A stretch of DNA of 64,000 nt. It comes from an uncultured Chloroflexia bacterium (GTDB lineage Bacteria > Chloroflexota > Limnocylindria > Limnocylindrales > CSP1-4). The stretch spans positions 736,127 through 800,126 of the forward strand of contig CAVQYA010000002.1 in assembly GCA_963718085.1 (NCBI GenBank). Reading direction: 5' to 3'. Shown here piece by piece: positions 21,194 to 31,371 of this stretch. The notes under the pieces were generated by a model that saw only the letters and a program-made list of their open reading frames with translations, ran no database searches and was not told the origin of the DNA. How positions within the stretch are numbered: position 1 is the first letter of the stretch; each line of letters begins with the position of its first letter. The translations under genes were made by a program, and so were the position numbers.

Positions 21194-22191
21194 CGGGCGG
21201 TCCCGTCGGCGCCGCGGGACCGGCCGTCCTCGGTGGCTCGAGCGGCGCCGGACCCGTTCTCCACCCCGGCCAGCGAGACCTCTTCGCGGACTGCCCGCCC
21301 CACCCGCTCGACGAAGATCTGCTCGATCGACGGGTCGGCGATCTCGAAGCGGGTGACCCGCTCGCCGCGAGCGAGGGCCGCCTGGAGGATCGTCTCCGGG
21401 TCGGTCGCCCCGCGGACTTCGAGCTCGCTGTAGTCGCGGCCGGGCCTCACGACCGTGACGCCCGGGATCTCTGCGAGCCAGTCGAGGTCGGGGTCGCCGT
21501 CGGTCGCGAGCCGGACCACCTGCTTGCCGGTCGAGCGCTTCACCTCGCGGGTCGTGCCGGAGGCCACCAGCCGGCCGCTGTCGATGATCGCGATCGCGTC
21601 GCAGAGCTCCTCCACCATGTCCATCTGGTGGGTGCTGAAGACCAGCGTCTTGCCGCGGTCGCGCATCTCCAGGAACGCCGCCTTGAGGAGGCCAACGTTC
21701 ACTGGGTCGAGCCCCGAGAAGGGCTCGTCCATGATCAGGACCTCGGGGTCGTGGAGGATCGCGGCGATGAACTGGATCTTCTGCTGGTTGCCCTTGGAGA
21801 GCTGCTCCGCGCGCCGGTCCGCGTACTCGGGGACGCGGAAGCGGGCGAGCCAGGTCCGCACCTCCTTCTCGGCGGCCTTCCGGGGCACGCCGTAGAGGCC
21901 GGCGAAGAAGACGAGCTGGTCGAGGACCTTCATGCGCGGGTAGAGGCCGCGCTCCTCCGGGAGGTAGCCGAACGTTCGGCGCGGCAGGTCGGTCGAGGGC
22001 CGCCCCTTCCAGGTCACGCTGCCGCCGTCGGCGCGGAGGATGTCGAGGACGATGCGCATCGCCGTCGTCTTGCCGGCGCCGTTGGCGCCGAGGAACCCGA
22101 AGACCTGCCCGGGATCGACGGTGAAGCTGATGCCGTCGAGGGCCCGAACGGTGCCGAACGACTTCTGGAGGTCCGTGATGACGAGGCTCAT
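21190..22191 (-). CDS. ABC transporter ATP-binding protein.
   Basis: Walker A GANGAGKTT, signature LSKGNQQK, Walker B LIMDEP. Confidence 0.85.
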   Translation of the reverse strand: MSLVITDLQKSFGTVRALDGISFTVDPGQVFGFLGANGAGKTTAMRIVLDILRADGGSVTWKGRPSTDLPRRTFGYLPEERGLYPRMKVLDQLVFFAGLYGVPRKAAEKEVRTWLARFRVPEYADRRAEQLSKGNQQKIQFIAAILHDPEVLIMDEPFSGLDPVNVGLLKAAFLEMRDRGKTLVFSTHQMDMVEELCDAIAIIDSGRLVASGTTREVKRSTGKQVVRLATDGDPDLDWLAEIPGVTVVRPGRDYSELEVRGATDPETILQAALARGERVTRFEIADPSIEQIFVERVGRAVREEVSLAGVENGSGAARATEDGRSRGADGTAR

Positions 22192-22498
22192 GCGGCGGTG
22201 GGCCCTCGTGCGGTCTTGCGGTCGCGCCACTGTACCGCCGGGGGCGGGGGCGTGTCAGGGAGTGTTGGCCCCCGGTTCGGGGGAGAACGGACCTGCCCGA
22301 CCCGTGACCGGCGGCCCGGGGCCCGTCGCCTCGGCTGGCGGCTGCGGCGCCGGGCGGCTTCCGCGGAACCGCCGAACGCCCTCCGTCGGGGCGCGATCCG
22401 GGGTCGCGATTGCGGCGTCGGCGGCGTACCCTATGCGCGCCGCCGCCCGACGGAGGCGAACGGGGTAGGGCGCCTGCAGGGACGAGAGGGAGTGGGGA

Positions 22499-23425
22499 AT
22501 GACCGACCTGCCCGCCGGGGAGCCAACCGGCCCGTCGGCCTCGCCGCCCGAGCCACCACCGCCCGTGGCGCCGCAGCCCGATATTCCCGCTCCGGTGCCC
22601 TCGGCCGCTTATGCCATGCCGCCGGTCGCCGCACCGGCCCCGCCGGTCGCCGTCGCTATGTCGGCGCCCCCGCCCGCAGCTCCCTACGCGCCCCCGCCGC
22701 CCGCGGCCGCATACGTCGCGCCCCCGCCCGTGGCCGCCTACGCGCCCCCGCCCATGACCGCCGCGATCGTGACCCGCGCCGGCTCCTGGTTCGCCGGGCT
22801 CGATCCCCGCGGGTGGCGGACCACGATCGCCGTGGGAATCCTGCTGATCGGCACGGTCCTCGGCGCGAACCTCGTGAACGCCGTCGTTCCGCTGCCGTCG
22901 CGGACGGAGGCCGTCAACCCCGGACCGGGCGTGCCCGCCCAGCCGAATCCGAACCCCGGCCAGCCGACGGCGGCCCCGGTCCAGCCTCAGCCGGTGGCGC
23001 CCGGCACGGGCCTCGCCGTCGGATCCGGCGTCACCGTCTACCCACCGGACGGCTGGTCGGTCGTCGGGTCGCAATCCGGCCAGGTCGTGCTCCAGAAGGG
23101 CGCGGGGGTCATCGTGGTCCTCGCGATGTCGTGGGCCAAGTCGCCCAACGATCTCGTCGTCGCCTACCGTGACGCCTTCTTCAAGAATGGCCAGTTCACC
23201 GCCAACGAACCGCAGTCGCTCCAGATCGGCAACGGCATTCCGGCTGCCGGCTTCCAGTACACGGGCGTCTTCGAAGGCTCGCAGGTCGACGGGGCGATCG
23301 TCGCCGGCGCCGCCGGAGGATCGGGCGTCGCCGTGAACGTCATCGCACCGTCGGGCGGGCTCCAGAGCGTGTCCGACGATGCCGACAAGCTCCTCCGCAC
23401 CGTCCAGATCAAGGGAGGCGGCTAG
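22499..23425 (+). CDS. Pro/Ala-rich membrane-anchored protein (hypothetical).
   Basis: SD gggag before the ATG. The N-terminus is a proline-rich repeat (AAPYAPPPPAAAYVAPPPVAAYAPPP), followed by a single TM helix and an extracytoplasmic domain. Confidence 0.55.
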   Translation: MTDLPAGEPTGPSASPPEPPPPVAPQPDIPAPVPSAAYAMPPVAAPAPPVAVAMSAPPPAAPYAPPPPAAAYVAPPPVAAYAPPPMTAAIVTRAGSWFAGLDPRGWRTTIAVGILLIGTVLGANLVNAVVPLPSRTEAVNPGPGVPAQPNPNPGQPTAAPVQPQPVAPGTGLAVGSGVTVYPPDGWSVVGSQSGQVVLQKGAGVIVVLAMSWAKSPNDLVVAYRDAFFKNGQFTANEPQSLQIGNGIPAAGFQYTGVFEGSQVDGAIVAGAAGGSGVAVNVIAPSGGLQSVSDDADKLLRTVQIKGGG

Positions 23426-25038
23426 TGAGCGCCCAGCCCACGACCCTCGGCGAGGGCGTCCCGCCCCGCTGGGGCTACCAGACCTCCTTCTGGCAGCGCC
23501 GCCAGCCCGCGTTCTGGCTCTTCGTCGTCACCCTGGCCGTGACCGGGTTCGTGGCCCTGGGGCAGCAGCTGGAGATGATCAAGGTCGCCCCGACGGCGTG
23601 GTTCATCACCCTGCTCCTCCTGCTTCCGTACGCGATCCCGGTCCTGCTGGTCATCTACCTGATGGACCTCTACGAGCGAGAGCCGCTGAGCATCCTGGTG
23701 GCGGCGCTCCTGTGGGGCGGGATCGCGGCGACCACACTGTCGTTCTACACGAACACCCCGCTCACCGAGCTGATCTTCAAGTTCACCGCCAACCCGACCT
23801 TCACGTCCGAATGGAGCGCGGCGCTCACGGCGCCCTTCGTGGAGGAGGGCTTCAAGGCGCTGGGGCTCATCCTCCTGGTGTCGATCGCCCGCGCCGAGAT
23901 GGACGACGTCCTCGACGGCTTCGTCTGGGGCGCCATGATCGGCCTCGGCTTCCTGCTGGTGGAGGACGTCTTCTACTTCGTCAGGGCGTACGTCGCCACG
24001 GGCGGGTCCTATCGACGGCCTCTTCCAGATCTTCCTCATCCGCATCCTCGGCTGCCGGACCATACAGCCACTTCCTGTACACGGGCCTGATCGGGATGGG
24101 CGTGGCCTTCTACCAGACCCGCCCCGATGTCGCCTGGTCGCGGCGCGTCCAGGTCGCGATCGCCCTGGCCGCCGCCGGGGTCGGTGCGCACTTCTTCTGG
24201 AACTCACCGCTCCTGGGCGAGCTCCTCGGGCGACGGCGGCCCCGTCGGTTGGGCGACGTTCACCATCGTCAAGGGCCTTCCGATGCTCATCGGGCTCCTG
24301 CTCCTGGTCCGCCTCGCCAGGCAGGCGAGAGCACAAGTGGTTCGAAGGCCTGGTTGCCGCGGAGGTCCAGGACGGCACCATCACGGCGGGCGAGCTGCAC
24401 GAGCTCGGCGGGCTCCGCTCCCGGTGGAGCGCGCGTCGCGCGGCCGGGCGGCTCAAGGGGCCGGCGGGAGGGCGGCTCAAGGGCCAGATCCAGCGCCAGC
24501 AGATCAACCTGGCGATGGTCGAGAGCCGGGTCGGGACCGGGGATCACTCGGACGTCAGGCAGCAGCGTGACCTGGTGTGGGGGCTGAAGGCGCAATACGA
24601 CGCGCTGCCGGTCTTCGTCGCGCCGGTCGCGGTCGTGGCGGCCCCGGTGCCCGTGGTCCAGCCGCAGCCCGTGGTCCAGCCGCAGCTCGTCGCCCAGCCG
24701 CAGCCGGCGCAGGTCGCCGCGGTCCCGCAGCCCGTGGTCCAGCCGCAGCCGGCGCAGGTCGCCGCGGCTCGCGCCCGTGGTCGCCGCAGCCGGCGCAGGT
24801 CGCGCCTCCGCCGCCGCCTCCGCCTCCGTCCGCACCCGCCTGGGCTCCGACGCATCGCGTCCCCGACGAGGGAATGGCCGCCTGGGCCGCCCCGGATCCG
24901 TCGCTTCCACCGGCGGTGACGCTGGGCGGCCGGCTCGAGCTGGTCGTGGTCGAGCTGGCCGGCGACTGGGCGCGAGTCGTGGCCGTCAACGGCTGGACGG
25001 GTTGGGTGGACGGCCGCCGGCTGGTCGCCCGGGGGTAG
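23425..25038 (+). pseudogene. PrsW-family intramembrane protease with a PQ-rich linker and a C-terminal SH3b domain. It is interrupted by at least 5 frameshifts.
   Basis: PrsW motifs EEGFKALG, FxxxxxxxxVEDVFYF and HFLYTGL...HFFWNS are split across three frames between about 23990 and 24330. The PVVQPQPAQVAA linker and the SH3b-like GWTGWVDGRRLV lie in further frames. Confidence 0.6.
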
Positions 25039-25189
25039 TCACCGGACGCGCCGGCGCCATCTCGTCGACCACCGGCGCCGGCTCGCTCCGCGTGCCGGCT
25101 TCGGCGATCGTGCCGGCTTCGGCAATCGCGCCGGCGGCGCCGACGGCTTCGGCGATCGCGCCGGCTCCCCGGCGGGCTACGATCTGACC

Positions 25190-27014
25190 GTGGACGCGCC
25201 AGCCCTGATCGAGACGATCCGCCGCTCGGTGATCGGCGACGACGAGGCCGTGGCGGGGCCGTTCGGCGTGCGCCGCGTGACGTACGCGGACTACACGGCG
25301 TCGGGCCGCAGCCTCACCTTCGTCGAGGACTACCTTCGGGACGCCGTCCTCCCGCTCTACGCGAACACGCACAGCGAGTCGTCGGGCACGGGCCTCCAGA
25401 CGACGCGCTTCCGGGCCGAGGCGCGGCGGATCGTGGGCGAGGCCGTCGGCGCCACCGACGAGCACGTCGTCCTCTTCGTCGGCTCCGGGTCGACCGGCGC
25501 CATCGACCGCCTCGTCCACGTCCTGGGGCTGCGCCTGCCGGCCGATCTCGACGCGCGCTACGGCCTCGCCGCGCGGATCCCGGCCGCCGAGCGTCCGGTC
25601 GTCTTCATCGGCCCCTACGAGCACCACAGCAACGAGCTGCCGTGGCGCGAGTCGATCGCCGAGGTGGTCACGATCCCCGAGGACGCCGACGGGCGGATCG
25701 ACCTCGCCCGCCTGGAGGCCGAGCTGGTCCGTCACGCCGGCCGGCCGCTCCTGATCGGCAGCTTCTCGGCCGCCTCGAACGTCACCGGCATCCTCTCCGA
25801 CACCCGGGCGATCTCGGTCCTCCTCCACCGCCACGGCGCGCTCTCGTTCTGGGACTTCGCGGCCGCCGCGCCGTACGTGGCAATCGAGATGGCGCCGCGG
25901 CGGCCCCGGCCGGACGCGACGACGCGGACGGAGCGGCCCGGGCGACCGCGCCGAGGCGGCTCTCGGCGCTCGCGCCGCCGACAACCGCGCCGACCGACCG
26001 CCCCTGCCGCTCCGACGCCGCCCTGGACACGAAGGACGCCATCTTCATCTCGCCCCACAAGTTCATCGGCGGCCCCGGCACGCCCGGCATCCTCGTCGCC
26101 CGCCGCGACCTCTTCCGCAACCGCGTGCCCACCGTGCCCGGGCGGCGGGACCGTGGCCTACGTCAACCCGACGGAGCACGTCTACCTCGACGACGTCGAG
26201 CGCCGCGAGGAGGGCGGGACGCCGGCGATCGTCGAATCGATCCGGGCCGGGCTCGTCTTCGAGCTGAAGGAGGCCGTCGGGGTCGAGGCCATCCGCGCCC
26301 GCGAGGAGGACTTCATCGGCCGGGCAATCGAGCGATGGGGGGCGAACCCGGCCCTCGAGATCCTGGGCAACCCGGCGCTCCCGCGCCTCTCGATCGTCTC
26401 CTTCGTCGTTCGCCACCGCGGCCGCTACCTGCACCACAACTTCGTGGTCGCGCTGCTCAACGACCTCTTCGGCATCCAGTCGCGGGGCGGCTGCTCCTGT
26501 GCGGGGCCCTACGGCCACCGGCTTCTCGGGATCGACCTCGAGCGCTCGCACGAGTTCGAGCGCGAGATCAGCCCGCGGCTGCGAGGGGATCAAGCCCGGC
26601 TGGGTGCGGGTCAACTTCAACTACTTCATCAGCGAGGCGGTCTTCGCGTTCATCCTCGACGCGGTCGACCTGGTGGCCCGCGAGGGCTGGCGACTCCTGC
26701 CGCAGTACCGCTTCGATCCCCCGACCGGGCTCTGGCAGCACCGCGGCGGAGCCGCGGAGCCGCCCCTCTCGCTCCTCGACGTCCGCTACGAGGACGGGGC
26801 CATGCGCTACGCGGCGCACCGCCACCGCGAGCCGGAGTCACGCCTGGCGGACTACCTCGCGGAGGCGCGAGCGCTGCTGGCGGCCCCGCCGCCGACCCCG
26901 GCCGGGGCCGCCGACCCCCTCGACGTCGGCGCCGACTTCGAGCACCTGCGCTGGTTCTGGCTCCCGTCCGAGGCGGCCGAGGAGCTCGCGGCGGAGGGGC
27001 TCGCGACTCCGTAG
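25190..27014 (+). pseudogene. Aminotransferase class V (cysteine desulfurase-like) PLP enzyme with a C-terminal extension. It is interrupted by 3 frameshifts.
   Basis: LYANTHSESSGTG, FVGSGSTGAI and the PLP-lysine region DAIFISPHKFIGGPGTPG are present. The continuation GGTVAYVNP...SRGGCSCAGPYGH...CEGIKPGWVRVNFNYF needs frame changes near 25900-25990, 26150 and 26575. Confidence 0.6.
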
Positions 27015-27181
27015 ACGAGACGACGACAGCGGACGATCCGGAAGGAGGCGATGGATGTACCGGAGCTCGACGTTCGGCCGGCGCGGCGGCCGGATGCTCA
27101 TCGTGGTGGCGCTCTTCGAGCTCGTTCTTGCGGCCGGCTTCTGGCTGATCCTCGGGGGCGTGCCAGGAAGCGGGCCCCGCG

Positions 27182-28057
27182 ATGCTGCTGACGGCCGGGA
27201 TCCTGGGCGGCGTCGGCGTGGTGCTGCTGCTCGCCGGCCTGCTCTGGATGCGCAGCGCCACGAAGAAGGACCGGATCAGCGCCACGGGCGTGGCCGGGAC
27301 CGGCCAGATCATGGGCCTGCGGCAGACCGGGTTGACGATCAACGACCAGCCGCAGGTGGAGCTGGACCTCCTGGTGACCATCCCCGGCCGCTCGCCGTAC
27401 CGGGCGAATGTGAAGGAGATCGTCCCGCTGATCATGCTCAACCGGCTTCAGGGGTCGCTGCCGGTCCGCGTGAACCCCTCGGAGCCGGACACGGTGGTCG
27501 TCCAGTGGGACCAGCCCAACGTGGGGCTCGAGGCGCTCGAAGGGTTCGATCTCGCCGAGATCGCCAGGTCCGGGACGGTTCTCTACGCCGCCGGAGGCGG
27601 GCTGCGCGGCGGGCCGGGCGCGGGCGGGTTCGCCGACCGCGGGCGGGGCGATCCCGGCGCGGGCGGCGGCTCTGGCGCCGGCGTCGACGAGACCCTGGGC
27701 CAGGTCGCGGCGGCGATGGCCGCCGCCGGAGCCGGCGATGCCGCTCCCGTCTACGGCCAGGCGGCGCAGGCCGGCCTCTCGATCGAGCAGCTGCGCGCCT
27801 GGCTCCGCGCGAACGGCCTCGCGGGCACGGCGCGAATCGACCGCCTCATCGACAGCGGCGAGACGGTGGGCGACGACCGCCTCTTCACGATGACCACGAC
27901 CGTGTCGATCCCCGGCCGCGCGCCGTTCGCCACGGAACCCTCGGCGGCCATGGTGCCCCTCGCGAAGGTCGGGCGGATCGCCGTCGGCGTCTCGCTCCCG
28001 GTGCGCGTCGCGCCCGACAACCCGGACCTGCTCATGTTCGAGTGGGACCGCATCTGA
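27182..28057 (+). CDS. Membrane protein with an internally duplicated domain (hypothetical). It may start at 27056 in another frame.
   Basis: TM helix, then two related domains (LVTIPGRSPY...LPVRVNPSEPDTVVVQWD and TVSIPGRAPF...LPVRVAPDNPDLLMFEWD). An upstream TM helix, MYRSSTFGRRGGRMLIVVALF, is in a different frame. Confidence 0.5.
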   Translation: MLLTAGILGGVGVVLLLAGLLWMRSATKKDRISATGVAGTGQIMGLRQTGLTINDQPQVELDLLVTIPGRSPYRANVKEIVPLIMLNRLQGSLPVRVNPSEPDTVVVQWDQPNVGLEALEGFDLAEIARSGTVLYAAGGGLRGGPGAGGFADRGRGDPGAGGGSGAGVDETLGQVAAAMAAAGAGDAAPVYGQAAQAGLSIEQLRAWLRANGLAGTARIDRLIDSGETVGDDRLFTMTTTVSIPGRAPFATEPSAAMVPLAKVGRIAVGVSLPVRVAPDNPDLLMFEWDRI

Positions 28058-28615
28058 TCGGTCGCCCTCCGGGGCCGGGCGCTCCACGGGGATCGGTCGC
28101 GCCACGGGGACCGGTCGCGCTTGAGGATCGACGACCCCCCTTCGTGGCCGGGACCACGGGGATCCGCCCCGGTTGGCCGGCTCCAAGGGGACCGGGTCCC
28201 TTCCTGGCCCAGTTCCAGCAGGCCACCTGCTCGAATTCGGGCGTCGCGAGCGCGGACTTCCCGCCGAACGTGCGGTTGGCCGCGAACCCCGAGCACGACA
28301 GGGCCGGATTCGAGCATGCCGCCTGCTAATGGTCGCGTTCGTGGCCGCCGCTGGCCGCGCGTTTGGCGGCGCGCCCCGGCCCACATCGCGCGCCGCGCAC
28401 AGGCCGGCCACTGGGTACCCCTGCCGGTCGATGCTCCCGAACGGTCCGCCCGCGCCCCAAGAACGGGTCCCGGGTTACATTGAGGCACTCCAGGTTCCCA
28501 CCTGCCGTTCGAGCCGGTCGGGCCCTGGGGTGTCGAGGCCGGCACTGAGCCGGGCGATCCACCAGCGTTCCGCGTCCCCCGCGTGCGGAGGGTCGCACGA
28601 CACAGAAGAGGATCC

Positions 28616-29653
28616 ATGGAGCCGAACGTCTTCCTGCCGCTCGCGTCGTCGCTGCTGAGCTTCGTGTTCGCCGTCTTCCTGCTCGACCAGTGGCGGGAGC
28701 GGCGCAGGCCGTACCAGCTGATCTGGACGATCGGGATGCTCATGTACGGCGTCTCCGCGGGGACGGAGTTCCTGGGCGGGGCGCTGGGCTGGAGCGAGCC
28801 GCTCTACCGCGCCTGGTACCTGACCGGCGCGGTCTGGGTCGCCGGATGGCTGGGCCTCGGCACGATGTACCTGCTGGCCAAGACGCGCTTCGGCTACGGC
28901 GCGGCCATCTCTCTCCTGCTGGCCGGCCTCTTCACGTTCCTCTCCTGGCGGAAGAACGACTACGCCGACAGCGGCGCCTCCCCGTACCTCTACCTGTTGA
29001 TCGCGGTGGTCGCCGCGGCCGTGATCGCCGTCGAGACCTACCGGACGAAAGGCCGCTGGGCGCACCTCGCGGGCGGGCTGATCGTGGCCGGGACTCTGGC
29101 CTCCATCCCGATGGTGATGCTCGCGTCGCTCGCCGCGCCCGGCTACGCCCTCGACGCGACCACCGGCATCCCCAGCGGCGAGCTCTTCCCGGGCTACGTC
29201 CGGCTCCTCACGCCCTTCTTCAACATCACCGGCGGCTTCGCCCTGGTCCTGGGCGCCCTCTACTCCGCCTACGTCTTCATGCCCAAGAAGCGCCTCGTCC
29301 GGTACGACCTCCGGCGTGACCAGGGCCTCGCGCGCTTCCTGGCGAACCTCGCCGTCTCGCCGTTCGCCATCGCGGTCAACCTGGTCGCGTCGGTCCCCGG
29401 CGCGGTCGTGGCCCTCTCCCGCGGCGAGCTCCACAGCCGGGTCCCGTCAACCATCCTCCTGGCGATCGGCGGCTTCGTGCCGTCCCTCACCGGCAGCCTG
29501 GCGCGCTTCGGAATGACCGAGGCGTTCTTCCTCGGCGAGCTGGCGGGGGTCGTCTTCCTGTTCGCCGGCTTCCTCGTCTCGATCGAGGTCTTCCGGGAGA
29601 TCCGGATCCCGTTCACGCGGGTCGTGCTGCACACGCGCCGCGGCGCCGCGTAG
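28616..29653 (+). CDS. Polytopic integral membrane protein (hypothetical).
   Basis: SD agaagagga before the ATG at 28616. About 8 TM helices. No family recognised. Confidence 0.6.
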   Translation: MEPNVFLPLASSLLSFVFAVFLLDQWRERRRPYQLIWTIGMLMYGVSAGTEFLGGALGWSEPLYRAWYLTGAVWVAGWLGLGTMYLLAKTRFGYGAAISLLLAGLFTFLSWRKNDYADSGASPYLYLLIAVVAAAVIAVETYRTKGRWAHLAGGLIVAGTLASIPMVMLASLAAPGYALDATTGIPSGELFPGYVRLLTPFFNITGGFALVLGALYSAYVFMPKKRLVRYDLRRDQGLARFLANLAVSPFAIAVNLVASVPGAVVALSRGELHSRVPSTILLAIGGFVPSLTGSLARFGMTEAFFLGELAGVVFLFAGFLVSIEVFREIRIPFTRVVLHTRRGAA

Positions 29654-30397
29654 CGCGGGACGGGCGCGGGCGCGGCGCAGCGCGGGACGGGCGCGCACGG
29701 GGATCGCGGCGGCGCGCGAGCTCAGCGCGAGCGTTGCGCGGAGCGGGATCGGCGGCGTAGAGCGCGGGTTGAGCGGGCGCCCGGCGGGAGGAGCGGCGCG
29801 GGCCCCGACCGCGTCAGCGCCCGGCAGACCCCCGCCGCGCAGCTCCCGCCCCAGCATCTCGCCCCAGCGACGGGCGCGATCCGCCTCGCCGGCCACCAGG
29901 CGGTCGAAGAGCGGCCCGGTCGGCCCGTCGACGAGGAAGCTCTCGGGGCCGGCGACCACGCGGAAGCCGAGGCCGCGGAGGGCCTTGTCGGCGCCCTTGG
30001 CGGCGGATCCCCACAGGAGGCCCGGTCCCTTGATCCGCGTGTCGAACGCCGCGGCCGCGACGGTCGGGGAGCCGCCCCGCAATGTCTCCAGCCACTCCCG
30101 GATGCCGCGCCCCCTCGACACCAGGCGTTCCCCGGCGCGTCGCGCGGAGTCAGCCCGCGACTCGGGCTTCGACATCCCGTGGGCGTGCGTCGGGCCGCCG
30201 ACCACGAGGAGGCCGACGTCGGCGGGGATGGTCGGAGGGGCGGCACCCACCTCGACGACCTCGACGGTCGCGTCGCCCGGGTCGCCGGCGCGGCCGCCCG
30301 GGTCGCCCGCGAGCCCGACCACGAGCCCTTCGGCGATCGCGCGGGCGATCGCCTCGGTGTTCCCGAACATCAATTCGAAGACGACGAGCGCGCGCAT
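29447..30397 (-). CDS. Flavodoxin-like fold protein (NAD(P)H-dependent FMN reductase / flavodoxin family). The true 3-prime end is probably near 29800.
   Basis: MRALVVFELMFGNTEAIA flavodoxin N-terminal signature. The last 110 or so aa of the ORF are Ala/Arg low-complexity and overlap the convergent gene. Confidence 0.55.
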   Translation of the reverse strand: MRALVVFELMFGNTEAIARAIAEGLVVGLAGDPGGRAGDPGDATVEVVEVGAAPPTIPADVGLLVVGGPTHAHGMSKPESRADSARRAGERLVSRGRGIREWLETLRGGSPTVAAAAFDTRIKGPGLLWGSAAKGADKALRGLGFRVVAGPESFLVDGPTGPLFDRLVAGEADRARRWGEMLGRELRGGGLPGADAVGARAAPPAGRPLNPRSTPPIPLRATLALSSRAAAIPVRARPALRRARARPALRGAAARVQHDPRERDPDLPEDLDRDEEAGEQEDDPRQLAEEERLGHSEARQAAGEGRHEAADRQEDG

Positions 30398-30421
30398 GGG
30401 CGGGTACCTCCGGGGGATCGG

Positions 30422-30856
30422 CTACGCGAAGGGGTCGCGGACCTCGATTCGCGGGAAGCGGCGGTAGTCGCGATCGCGCGTCCAGATCGTCCGCACGTCG
30501 TTCTCCAGCATGAGGGCGACAAGGTGCGAGTCCGGGACCAGGTTCCCGGTCGGCACCGCGTCGTCCGAGACCTCGCGGTAGCGGTCCCAGAAGCGCTCCT
30601 GCTCGCCGGTGGTGCGGACGTGCGGGCGGACGAGCAGCTGCTCGACGTTGCCGATCGCCTCGGCGGCCGTCAGCGGTCGGGCGAAGACGGCGGGGTGGGT
30701 CGCGATCCGCAGGTAGGCCATCACGGTCGGCCAGAAGAGGTAGGCGATCTCCGGACCGTCGGCCAGGCGCCCGACGAAGGCCCGGGCCCGGGCGTGAACC
30801 GGGCACGATTCGTCCGACGCGTAGAGGAGGACGTTGGCGTCGATCGTGCAGCTCAC
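30422..30856 (-). CDS. vapC: PIN-domain toxin VapC.
   Basis: IDANVLLYA (first Asp) and the C-terminal TRDRDYRR. Overlaps the upstream antitoxin gene by 4 nt. Confidence 0.75.
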   Translation of the reverse strand: MSCTIDANVLLYASDESCPVHARARAFVGRLADGPEIAYLFWPTVMAYLRIATHPAVFARPLTAAEAIGNVEQLLVRPHVRTTGEQERFWDRYREVSDDAVPTGNLVPDSHLVALMLENDVRTIWTRDRDYRRFPRIEVRDPFA

Positions 30857-31089
30857 GAGGCGTCCAGCGCCCGGCGGAGCGCCTCCGGATCGTCGAGGTC
30901 GACCAGCGCCCCCATCGGTCGCGACGACCAGGCCAGCGGCGCGGGCGTCCGCGGTTCGCCGCCATCCTCTTCCATCGCCGTGCTCAGCAGCTCGGACACG
31001 AGGCGGCCCAGCGTCTTCCCCTCGCGCTGCTGGCGCGCCTTCAGCTGGCGCAGGACGGTCGGGTCGAGGTCGATGGTGGTGCGCGTCAT
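30853..31089 (-). CDS. vapB: VapB-like antitoxin (ribbon-helix-helix / CopG-like).
   Basis: 78 aa beginning MTRTTIDLDPTVLRQLKARQQREGKTLGRLVSELL. It sits immediately upstream of vapC. Confidence 0.6.
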   Translation of the reverse strand: MTRTTIDLDPTVLRQLKARQQREGKTLGRLVSELLSTAMEEDGGEPRTPAPLAWSSRPMGALVDLDDPEALRRALDAS

Positions 31090-31175
31090 GATGCGTGATG
31101 CTTCCATGTAGCGCATCTGATGTCAAGTCGGCCCGGCGGTGGGGTCGGCCGAAGGCGTGGTAGAGTCGAAGCCGC

Positions 31176-31250
31176 GCCGACATAGCTCAGCGGTAGAGCA
31201 GCTGTTTCGTAAACAGCAGGTCCTCGGTTCAAATCCGAGTGTCGGCTCCA
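31176..31250 (+). tRNA. tRNA-Thr, anticodon CGT.
   Basis: Cloverleaf read by hand. Acceptor gccgaca/tgtcggc, D-stem gctc/gagc, anticodon stem gctgt/acagc with loop ttCGTaa, T-arm ctcgg-ttcaaat-ccgag, and an encoded CCA. Confidence 0.85.
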
Positions 31251-31263
31251 GCGATCTGAACGT

Positions 31264-31289
31264 GAAACCCGGTCGAGAGGCCGGGTTTC
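31264..31289 (+). terminator. Hairpin terminator after the tRNA.
   Basis: gaaacccgg / ccgggtttc 9-bp stem, followed by gtgctcttcc. Confidence 0.5.
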
Positions 31290-31371
31290 GTGCTCTTCCG
31301 GTGACCGTCTGACCACCACGCGGCCAGCCCGTCGAGCATCCGGCCGATCCGCTCCTCGTTGGTGATCGCCA

